In this document: in pieces, positions 49,047 to 57,956 of the stretch
Layout: the number at the start of each line of letters is the position of its first letter
How positions within the stretch are numbered: the first letter of the stretch is position 1
Origin: Microcoleus sp.
Lineage (GTDB): Bacteria > Cyanobacteriota > Cyanobacteriia > Cyanobacteriales > Microcoleaceae
Reading direction: 5' to 3'
NCBI GenBank assembly: GCA_042408215.1
Contig: JAYFMW010000008.1
Location: 96,001-160,000, forward strand
DNA: 64,000 bases
Position numbers and translations under genes: made by a program
Notes under the pieces: generated by a model
What the model saw: only the letters and a program-made list of their open reading frames with translations
The model's database searches: none
Told to the model about the DNA's origin: nothing

Positions 49047-49097
49047 ATCCCCGATATTAACCAGTGTATAATAGTTATCAACTACATATTAATTGCA

Positions 49098-49568
49098 ATG
49101 GGTGCTAACAAAATTAGAATTGCTAAAGATAAAGCCGATTTAGTTAAATCATTAACTTTATCGGATAACAACACCGGCCCTTTCCAGACTTACGCCGATG
49201 TCATCGCCTTCGCCGCATCTTTGGGAAATAAGCGGAAAAAACGCTTACCTTTGGGGGAAGTTTCTAAACGAGAACCAGGGGCGATCGATGTTGACATTTT
49301 TGTGTCGAGGGGTTACGATATGGCGATTAAATTAATTGCGATCGCCGAAACTAAAAATCCTCACATTCTCTCCCATCTTGATGAAAAATTAGAATCTCAA
49401 CGCCTCCTGATTTTTGAAGAATATGCTAATGGCGGACTGGAAATTTTGCGAGAAGAATTGCGCGGAACAGCAGATTATACCGATCGACTTTTGTTATTTT
49501 TAATTACAGAAAGAGACAATCAACATCGGTCAAATGAAGAATTCGATTTAAGCAAGTTCTTATTCTGA
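49098..49568 (+). CDS. DNA phosphorothioation-associated protein 4 (PbeD-like)
   Basis: IRIAKDKADLV, FQTYADVIAFAASLG and FEEYANGGL motifs. Confidence 0.88.
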   Translation: MGANKIRIAKDKADLVKSLTLSDNNTGPFQTYADVIAFAASLGNKRKKRLPLGEVSKREPGAIDVDIFVSRGYDMAIKLIAIAETKNPHILSHLDEKLESQRLLIFEEYANGGLEILREELRGTADYTDRLLLFLITERDNQHRSNEEFDLSKFLF

Positions 49569-49581
49569 GTTAACTGGAATT

Positions 49582-50607
49582 ATGATTCACCGATACTTAA
49601 AACAAACTGTAATTGTTTTCGCTTACAGCTACTCAGCCTTCATTATCTGCTATTTAATTCTCCGACTGATATTTTGGGATCGGTTCTGGATTGTTGGCTT
49701 GATCGGCACTTTCACACCCTTAATTTTCTTGCCAATTTTACTGTTACCCATCCTAGCAATTTCAATTATTAAAAACCGCTGGTTCTCTATTATTTCATCA
49801 ATTGCTTGTATTTTGCTATTGAGTTGGCTGCACATCAAATACTTTTCTACCGAACCAACAAGCATCACAGGTTCGCAACCTAGCCTCAAAATTTTATCGC
49901 ATAACGTCGGTTGGTATACAACCCAGTCGCCAACTTTAGTTAAACTGATAAACCAACAACAACCAGACATTATATTTTTACAAGAAATCGTTCAGAAACA
50001 TACGAAAAGAGTTTTCACTTGCTTAAAAGCAGACTACCCCTATCAAATTGGTACTCCACCTGTAGGAATTCTGAGTAAATATCCAATTTTATCCAGCGAG
50101 ATATTGCACTTAGCCAATCATCGAGAAACGCAGCAGCGAGCAATTATTAAATTTAACCAGCAAGCAATAGTCATTTATAATATGCAAGCCACCGGGCCGT
50201 GGTTTAAAAAATATAAAATATTGCCTTTTATCAAAATTCCAGTTTACAAATATGCCAAACGCGCTCCCGAAATTAAAGATTTAGTAGAGCGAGTGCAGCA
50301 AGAAACTTGGCCAGTAATTGTCGCGGGCGATTTTAATATGACAGACGAAACTCAAGACTACTACAATGTGCAAAAAGTCATGCAAGATTCTTTCCGAAAA
50401 TCGGGATTTGGGTTTGGTTTTACCTGGCCTCACGGTTGGGAACTTAAGTTATTGTTGAAAAGATTAAACTGGAGATTGAACTATCCCGTTTGCCGAATTG
50501 ATTATATTTGGTATTCAAAGCATTGGGGTGCTAAATCGAGTTCGGTTTTACAAGCAACGGAGTCCGATCATTTGCCTGTAGCAGCAGAACTGATTTTGTT
50601 AAAATGA
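49582..50607 (+). CDS. Membrane-anchored endonuclease/exonuclease/phosphatase family protein
   Basis: N-terminal TMs; LQE, GDFN, RIDYI and SDHLPV motifs. Confidence 0.9.
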   Translation: MIHRYLKQTVIVFAYSYSAFIICYLILRLIFWDRFWIVGLIGTFTPLIFLPILLLPILAISIIKNRWFSIISSIACILLLSWLHIKYFSTEPTSITGSQPSLKILSHNVGWYTTQSPTLVKLINQQQPDIIFLQEIVQKHTKRVFTCLKADYPYQIGTPPVGILSKYPILSSEILHLANHRETQQRAIIKFNQQAIVIYNMQATGPWFKKYKILPFIKIPVYKYAKRAPEIKDLVERVQQETWPVIVAGDFNMTDETQDYYNVQKVMQDSFRKSGFGFGFTWPHGWELKLLLKRLNWRLNYPVCRIDYIWYSKHWGAKSSSVLQATESDHLPVAAELILLK

Positions 50608-50755
50608 AGCGGTATAATGTATCTAAATTGAGAGGTGAACTTTGGTGCGATCGCGATCTGTAGTAGTGTTCGATCGACAAAAATTGCTAAAGGCGATCGT
50701 ATAAATATGCAGTTTGCCTTGAGTTATATGTTAAGATAAGTATTAGGTGGAGTGA

Positions 50756-50953
50756 TTGACCCGAATCCCTACGGCTGCCCAGCTAGAGAGTTTATATCGC
50801 ATCTGTTATCAACTGACGTACACGATGCTTCAGCCTATACATCTTATTTGTGTTGACGATCGAACTCGTAACGTATACATATTGGCTGGGTATGATGAAG
50901 AGCTTGAGTTCCAAATTTTACCCAATGGGGAGTTTGCTGATGAGCCAAGTTAA
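50756..50953 (+). CDS. DUF6888-like small protein
   Basis: PTAAQL...PIHLICVDDRTRNVYILAG motif. Confidence 0.7.
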   Translation: MTRIPTAAQLESLYRICYQLTYTMLQPIHLICVDDRTRNVYILAGYDEELEFQILPNGEFADEPS

Positions 50954-51155
50954 CTATAACGCAATGTCGAATACTGAATTGAAACAGTATTTTCTTAAAC
51001 ATCGTGGAAATCGAGCCGCTTTTCAGGCGTACTTAGACAGAATCAATCAGCATCCGCTGAGGATTATTGCAAGTCCCGGCGATCCAGATTTTGATCGGAA
51101 AGTTCAAGCCGCAATTCGCCGCAAGTTAGAAGCGGCAAGAAATAGCAGCAGTTGA
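50940..51155 (+). CDS. DUF6887-like small protein (putative partner of the upstream gene)
   Basis: NYNAMSNTELKQYFLKHR...AFQAYLDR; ATG at 50940. Confidence 0.7.
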   Translation: MSQVNYNAMSNTELKQYFLKHRGNRAAFQAYLDRINQHPLRIIASPGDPDFDRKVQAAIRRKLEAARNSSS

Positions 51156-51331
51156 GTGAAGTATAGATATAGGGTAGGGACACGGCACTGCCGTGTCCTG
51201 TATTTCATCTGCTATATTCAATTATACAAAACCAATTTTTTCTTGCTTTATCAGTCTTCCTCGCTGGGGACTGTAGCCTTAAATCCCCGCAGATTTTAAT
51301 TCCTGAGTGATGCCACCACCAGCATGAAAAC

Positions 51332-52924
51332 TTAGCTAAGCATAGGCGGCAATCCTACTTCTTTCGGATCGACCAACTTGCCGCTAAAACTAATAGCTTG
51401 ATCCTCAAAAGTTCTCGCTTGGGCCACAGCTTGCCGCAAATGAGCTCGATCCATATCGTCCTGAATTCCCGCGACTAAATATACAATTAACTTCGTCGCC
51501 AAATCCTTTCCAGAAACTAGCATTCGCTTTTTGTTCGGATCGTACAAAATCCCGTACCACGCCGACTGAGGATTGTCCATATGGCTGAATCCTTCATCCA
51601 CATCGTATCTGCGAAGTTTATCGAAAGTTGATTTCAGCGAAACTTTCTTTCTAAATGTTAGAATGCCTAAAGCATTAGCTAAAGCAATTTGACCGACTGG
51701 ACGAAACAAAATATTGCCCTCGCCCCCTGGTTTCTCAAAACTAAATCGGCGTAATTCTGCTGTTTCTTCGCCGCTTTCAATTCTTTGATAGCTGGGCAAA
51801 GTTGCTAAATAATCGAACAATTTCTTAAACTCTTCAATGCCCTCTTTCAGTTCCTCATCTTCGGGACGCATGGGAATCAAACCTTTTTTTTCCGGCTTCC
51901 AATGGGGGAATTTGTATTCTAAATACCGTTCCGACATATCTTGCAGGGCTTGCAATGTTGTGAGAACAGTTGATTTGGCTGCGACTGTGGCGCTGTCCCA
52001 ATTGACGCGGGGATTTCTGTGATCTTGCTCTTTTAATAAGGGATGGGTGACGGCAATTTTTCGGGCGCAGATCGCAAATCCGTTATCCTCATTTAATAAT
52101 GCTAATTGGCCCTGACTCAGCGTCACGGCCATTAAGTTAACGTGCACAAAGATCGATCGCACCCGCCGTTGTGCTTGCTGCCGCGTTTCCCCAGCCACCA
52201 CCGCCGGAATAAACTCAATTCCGATTTTTTCGTGAGCTAAATTGTGTACTTCGTTGGGGTTAATTTGATACTCTTCGGCTAAATCGTCGAGGGTAATTGC
52301 AGCGCCGACAGCTTTTTTATTTTTGTTATATCTTTGCAGGATTCCGTTTTTAATTAAACTCATCAAACCTTGAACTCCCATCAGCCGGTGCTGGCCGTCT
52401 AAAGCAAAAATTGAAATTTTTTGAGAAACATTCAAAAGTCCTAAATTTTCGTTTTTATCAAAGGATGTGAATTCAGTGGCTGATTTAGTTGCTACTCCAT
52501 TTTTATCCCATTCATCGGCTAGAGGATTGTCTACCCACGGGGGACTGACTACTACTAAAACTGCGGGGAATTTGTGCGATTTTCGGGCTGCGAGATATTG
52601 AGTAAGGGCTGCTTGACGTGACCAATCTAAGGGGCGCTGGATGATTTCGTCGATGGTTGCGTCGTCCCGGACGATGTTGTTAGTTTGGAGGTCAAATTTT
52701 TGCCGGAAAAGTGGCATTTGTGAGGCGAAACGCACGCGGGAATCTAACCATTCTAGGGTGACTGAACCGATGTAGGCTTCGCTGTTTCCCATTTGGGTTT
52801 TTTGGACGAAAATGCGATCGTCCTTTCCTAAGTAATTATCTAATAACAGTGCGATTTCTTGGCGATCGCTATTTTCTTTTTCTAAAAGTTTGATAGCGAG
52901 GTCATCCGCTGGGTTGGTATTCAT
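51332..52924 (-). CDS. DGQHR-domain protein (DndB/ParB-like family)
   Basis: QRPLDW and ALDGQHR motifs; divergent from dndB. Confidence 0.9.
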   Translation of the reverse strand: MNTNPADDLAIKLLEKENSDRQEIALLLDNYLGKDDRIFVQKTQMGNSEAYIGSVTLEWLDSRVRFASQMPLFRQKFDLQTNNIVRDDATIDEIIQRPLDWSRQAALTQYLAARKSHKFPAVLVVVSPPWVDNPLADEWDKNGVATKSATEFTSFDKNENLGLLNVSQKISIFALDGQHRLMGVQGLMSLIKNGILQRYNKNKKAVGAAITLDDLAEEYQINPNEVHNLAHEKIGIEFIPAVVAGETRQQAQRRVRSIFVHVNLMAVTLSQGQLALLNEDNGFAICARKIAVTHPLLKEQDHRNPRVNWDSATVAAKSTVLTTLQALQDMSERYLEYKFPHWKPEKKGLIPMRPEDEELKEGIEEFKKLFDYLATLPSYQRIESGEETAELRRFSFEKPGGEGNILFRPVGQIALANALGILTFRKKVSLKSTFDKLRRYDVDEGFSHMDNPQSAWYGILYDPNKKRMLVSGKDLATKLIVYLVAGIQDDMDRAHLRQAVAQARTFEDQAISFSGKLVDPKEVGLPPMLS

Positions 52925-53084
52925 CGGCGGTTTTTATATATTTAGGGTATTTTTTCAAAAAATATCATGTATTAAACTTTATGTCAAGGGTTGTTTTTTA
53001 AAAAATATTGTGAAATACTTGATTTATCTCGTTGCAGCCAAAAAACATATCATAAACAATATAAAAAGTCAATAGTTTTTAATA

Positions 53085-53155
53085 CCTAATTCCCATGCCC
53101 AATTCCCCATCCCCAATTCCCAATTCCCAATTCCCAATTCCCAATTCCCCCAATT
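53085..53155. repeat. STRR heptamer tract (TTCCCAA)n
   Basis: Directly visible. Confidence 0.85.
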
Positions 53156-53162
53156 CTAAATT

Positions 53163-54274
53163 ATGTCTACTCCTTCTTTTGAATACATTTTGCCGGTCAT
53201 CCGGGGAATTCAAGCGGGCCGCGAATATTACGTTTCGATGTGCCCGGTGCGTTTTTTGCCGAAATTGTTCCCCTTAGAATCAGAAGATTTGCCGCCGGAA
53301 ATGCGGGCTATTCGCACTCTGAATCAAACTCGGATTCCTGAAATTGCTGACTATTTTGTGAGGAATCCTACAAGTTATACTTGTGGGGCGATCGCCGCTT
53401 CTATTGATGCGGATATTACGTTTGAAGCGGTGGGAAATGAGGCCCAGGAACGGAAAATTGGCCGCTTGCGGGTGCCGATGGATGCTAAGTTTACGATTAA
53501 TGATGGACAGCATCGCAGGGCGGCTTTTGAAATGGCTTTGAGGGAAAATCCGCAGTTGGGATATGAGACGGTGGCGCTGATTTTGTTTCTCGATATTGGG
53601 TTGGAGAAGTCGCAGCAAAAGTTTGCTGATTTGAATAGTTTTCAGGTGTCCTTTGGAAGCGTCGCTGAGTTTACTTTACAACCACCGGGACGATCGCGCC
53701 CGGTTGGTGAAGGCGGTGGTTAAGCAGGTTGAGGTTTTCCGCTGTTTGACTGAGATGGAGAGGGGGAGTTTGAATGGGCGATCGCACAAATTGTTTACGC
53801 TGAGTGCGATCGATCGTGCTATCATGGCTTTGCTATCGAATTTTCCGGGCGATGAAATGACAAACCGCCCTCATTCCCATCTCAAAAAAGGGAAAAAAGA
53901 GGAAGAACTTGCTCAAAAAATACAAGTTGCGGCTGCTTATTGGACTGCGGTTAGTAGTTTTCTGCTGGATTGGCAATTAGTTCTGCACAAGCAAGTTGCG
54001 GCGAGGGAAATACGGCTGGATTTTGTGCATTGTCGTAGTGTTGTGCTGGAGAGTTTGGGGGAAGTTGGGGCGGTTTTGCTGTCGGTTTTTCCTGAGAGTT
54101 GGGAGGAACGTTTGGTCTTTTTGCGGGAGGTTGATTGGTCGATTTCTAATCCTGATTGGGAAGGTGGGATTTTGTTGAGAGGGGATTTCTAAGTCGAGGG
54201 CTAGTGTTGGTTGGATGAGTGATTATTTGAAAGTTAGGTTGGGTTTGGTACTTGGCGAACTATGGAGCAAGTAA
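53163..54274 (+). pseudogene. dndB: DndB with two frameshifts (~53650 and ~54185)
   Basis: IRGIQAGREYY, INDGQHR and FADLN in frame 1; SLSLLYNHRD...VDWS in frame 2; ISKSRASV...LKVRLGL in frame 3. Confidence 0.88.
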
Positions 54275-54500
54275 CTCATCAATTCCCGGAGCTAGATCGG
54301 ACTGAGGAGGGTTATTGTCAGACATATAAGTTAATTAAATTTGTGTAGACACACAATTTTAGATCGCCAACCATATAAATGTACACTAATCAGGGATACT
54401 ATTTTGCGGTATGGGCAAACAACAAAAGAAAAAAATCAGGTTTGATCGAGCCTGACATTATATCGTAAAATATTAATATTGACAATAGGAGCTTTCAGAT

Positions 54501-56180
54501 ATGATACAAACTCAACAGATCTCATTATTCCCAAGTCGCACCGTTACCGAATTAATAGAAGATATAGAATTGCTAACTGAAGAAATTCAAGATTTATATT
54601 GTCTTGACGAAATTCCTTGGGTAATTGGATATAGCGGGGGAAAAGATTCAACGGCAGTATTACAGCTAATTTGGAATGCGATTGCTAAGATTCCACAGGA
54701 AAAACGGATCAAGAAAATTGATGTCATCACCACAGACACTCTAGTAGAAAATCCGATCGTATCTGCATGGGTTCGTAAGTCTATTAAGCAAATGAATGTT
54801 GCAGCCATAGAACAAGAAATGCCCATAAATACTCATGTGTTACAACCAGAGTGGACAGATACTTTTTGGGTAGGTTTGATTGGTAAAGGATACCCAGCAC
54901 CCAGAGGTAAGTTTCGCTGGTGTACCGATCGCCTAAAAATTTCTCCATCTAACCGTTTTATTCGTAATGTTATCCGAACTAGCGGGGAAACAATACTTGT
55001 ATTAGGGACTCGTAAAGCTGAAAGCACAAAGCGCGCTCATAGGATGAAAAAAATGGAAGCCCGACGGGTACGCGATCGCCTAAGCCCTAATATGAACTTA
55101 CCAAATTCTCTGGTTTATAGCCCTATTGAAGACTGGCGTGATGATGAAGTTTGGCTTTATCTAATGCAGTGGGACAATCCTTGGGGATACAGCAACAAAG
55201 ATTTGTTCGCTATGTACCGGGGTGCTAGTGCTGATAATGAATGTCCCCTAGTTGTCGATACTTCTACCCCTAGCTGTGGTAGTTCTCGTTTTGGATGTTG
55301 GGTTTGTACGATGGTAAGTCAGGACAAATCACTAACAGCGATGATTCAAAATGATGAAGAAAAAGAATGGTTGCAACCTCTCTTAGATTTTCGTGTAGAA
55401 TTGGATGTTGAAGATAGTCGCGATCGACGTGACTTTCGGCGACGCAATGGAAATGTTCAACTGTATGAGCGTAATTTAGAGGGTGAAATAGCTATTGAGC
55501 CTATTCCCGGCCCTTATAGTAAAGAAGCACGGGATTATTTACTGACTCGACTTCTTTCTGTTCAAACTGAAATTCGTTCTAAAGCACCTGAAGATATGCG
55601 CGACATCACTTTGATAAGCAACGAAGAACTTAGTGAAATCCGCCGAATTTGGCTGGAAGAAAGACACGAATTCGACGACAGTTTACCCCGCATTTACGAA
55701 GCTGTCACCGGTCAACCTTTTGCAGACAGCCGCCCCGCCGCCGAAAGAAAACTTCTCGGTAGCGACGAATGGACTGTGCTCGAAGAAATGTGCGACGACA
55801 AAATGCACCTGGAATTAATGGCAAAACTCCTAGACACAGAACGCCAATATTACACCAAACCCCGCCGTACTGGCATTTACGCCGATTTGGACAAATGCTT
55901 TGAAACCAGTTCGCGATCGAGAACTGAAGCAATTGGTAACGCCCACTATCAACGCAACTTAAAAACAGCGGTGGAAGCTGTTAAAGCAAATCCGACTGAG
56001 AATATTCAGCAAGTCAAAGAGGCGATCGGCAAAAGCAACAGTTCTGCAAAAGACGATACCGTTGATCTTGCCAAACTGAGAGAAGAACTTGAAAGTAGCA
56101 GCAACCAAAGCAGACAGCTATCTTGGGCTGACATCAAATATTCACCTCCCAATACAGGAGGGTCAAATAACAAAGATTAG
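54501..56180 (+). CDS. dndC: DNA phosphorothioation sulfurtransferase DndC
   Basis: GYSGGKDS, DTLVENP, RWCTDRLK and ECP...CGSSRFGCWVCT motifs. Confidence 0.96.
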   Translation: MIQTQQISLFPSRTVTELIEDIELLTEEIQDLYCLDEIPWVIGYSGGKDSTAVLQLIWNAIAKIPQEKRIKKIDVITTDTLVENPIVSAWVRKSIKQMNVAAIEQEMPINTHVLQPEWTDTFWVGLIGKGYPAPRGKFRWCTDRLKISPSNRFIRNVIRTSGETILVLGTRKAESTKRAHRMKKMEARRVRDRLSPNMNLPNSLVYSPIEDWRDDEVWLYLMQWDNPWGYSNKDLFAMYRGASADNECPLVVDTSTPSCGSSRFGCWVCTMVSQDKSLTAMIQNDEEKEWLQPLLDFRVELDVEDSRDRRDFRRRNGNVQLYERNLEGEIAIEPIPGPYSKEARDYLLTRLLSVQTEIRSKAPEDMRDITLISNEELSEIRRIWLEERHEFDDSLPRIYEAVTGQPFADSRPAAERKLLGSDEWTVLEEMCDDKMHLELMAKLLDTERQYYTKPRRTGIYADLDKCFETSSRSRTEAIGNAHYQRNLKTAVEAVKANPTENIQQVKEAIGKSNSSAKDDTVDLAKLREELESSSNQSRQLSWADIKYSPPNTGGSNNKD

Positions 56181-56308
56181 CACGCGCTAGCCTGCGGTTC
56201 AACCCGAAATTTGTTGACAACCACCCCAATCGATCGGATATAATGGGTTGTCAACTAACCGCAGCATTGCCCAACCCTCATCGTTTAAATTCCGAAATTT
56301 TTACGACC

Positions 56309-56872
56309 ATGATTAATCCTAATATTCCCCATCAGGATCTTACATACAGCATCATCGGCTGTGCAATGAGAGTACACCGGAGGACACAAAAAGGTTTAAG
56401 GGAAAAACATTACCAAAGAGACTTTGATGCAGAAATGATTGAATCCGGTTTAACAACAGAAATGGAGTATCCCAGACAAATCTATGACGGTCAAGTTTGG
56501 ATGGGAATCCTCTATCTAGACCATTGGGTGAATGAATGTATTGTAGTAGAGGATAAAGCCGTGAATTATCCAATGACCGATAAAGATAAAGCTCAAATAA
56601 TAGCTTACTTAGCAGCTACAGGAGCACAAGTAGGTTTATTTATAAACTTTGGACGCAGCAAATTAGAATATCACCGCATCCTCCCACCAAAATCTGTACA
56701 AGGTTGGCAGAAACACATTCAACAATACTTGTGGAGGCCGAAAACAAGTGGCAGGGGTTGGACAAGAGGAAGTGCAGGAACATACGAAGAAACAGATGCC
56801 GAACTCCCCTTACCTCCCAGCATTCGACCCCCGAACCAGGAGGAAGATTCAACCGATGTGATTGATTGGTAG
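56309..56872 (+). CDS. GxxExxY-family protein (PD-(D/E)XK nuclease fold)
   Basis: LTYSIIGCAMRVH...GLREKHY, LD..V..CIVVEDKA, AQIIAYL and GLFINFG motifs; ATG at 56309 preferred. Confidence 0.9.
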   Translation: MINPNIPHQDLTYSIIGCAMRVHRRTQKGLREKHYQRDFDAEMIESGLTTEMEYPRQIYDGQVWMGILYLDHWVNECIVVEDKAVNYPMTDKDKAQIIAYLAATGAQVGLFINFGRSKLEYHRILPPKSVQGWQKHIQQYLWRPKTSGRGWTRGSAGTYEETDAELPLPPSIRPPNQEEDSTDVIDW

Positions 56873-56875
56873 CAA

Positions 56876-57943
56876 GGGGGGGCGGTTAGCAACGGATTTT
56901 GTAACGGATGTAACGGATGATTAGTCGCTGATTACAAAATCCGCTGCTAACCGCCGCCCCCACCAACCACCCATCCGTTAAATCCGCTACCAAATCCGTT
57001 GCTAACCGCCGCCCCCACCAACCACCCATCCGTTAAATCCGCTACCAAATCCGTTGCTAACCGCCGCCCCCACCAACCACCCATCCGTTAAATCCGTTAC
57101 AAAATCCGCTGCTAACCACCCCCCCCACCAACCACCCATCCGTTAAATCCGCTACCAAATCCGTTGCTAACCGCCCCCACCAACCACCCATCCGTTAAAT
57201 CCGCTACCAAATCCGTTGCTAACCACCCCCCCCACCAACCACCCATCCGTTAAATCCGCTACCAAATCCGTTGCTAACCACCCCCCCCACCAACCACCCA
57301 TCCGTTAAATCCGCTACCAAATCCGTTGCTAACCGCCCCCCACCAACCACCCATCCGTTAAATCCGCTACCAAATCCGTTGCTAACCACCCCCCCCACCA
57401 ACCACCCATCCGTTAAATCCGCTACCAAATCCGTTGCTAACCGCCGCCCCCACCAACCACCCATCCGTTAAATCCGCTACCAAATCCGCTGCTAACCGCC
57501 GCCCCCACCAACCACCCATCCGTTAAATCCGCTACCAAATCCGTTGCTAACCGCCGCCCCCACCAACCACCCATCCGTTAAATCCGCTACCAAATCCGCT
57601 GCTAACCACCCCCCACCAACCACCCATCCGTTAAATCCGCTACCAAATCCGTTGCTAACCACCCCCCCCACCAACCACCCATCCGTTAAATCCGCTACCA
57701 AATCCGTTGCTAACCGCCCCCCCACCAACCACCCATCCGTTAAATCCGCTACCAAATCCGTTGCTAACCGCCCCCCCACCAACCACCCATCCGTTAAATC
57801 CGCTACCAAATCCGTTGCTAACCACCCCCCACCAACCACCCATCCGTTAAATCCGCTACCAAATCCGTTGCTAACCGCCCCCCACCAACCACCCATCCGT
57901 TAAATCCGCTACCAAATCCGTTGCTAACCGCCCCCCACCAACC
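56876..57943. repeat. Inverted repeat plus tandem array of 18 full 52-55-bp units
   Basis: Unit GCTAACC(G/A)CC-(G/C)n-CACCAACCACCCATCCGTTAAATCCGCTACCAAATCCG(T/C)T; GCTAACC at 19 positions from 56946 to 57923; inverted copy at 56876-56920. Confidence 0.97.
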
Positions 57944-57956
57944 AACAACATCTACA

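Noticed and set aside
56935..57943. CRISPR array
   Set aside because: Units are directly abutting copies whose only variation is a short C-rich linker; there are no unique spacers and no cas genes in the window.
57219..57956. ORFs inside the array and the TTG-extended dndD start (57921)
   Set aside because: They are translations of repeat DNA in shifting frames; DndD homology starts at ATG 57957.
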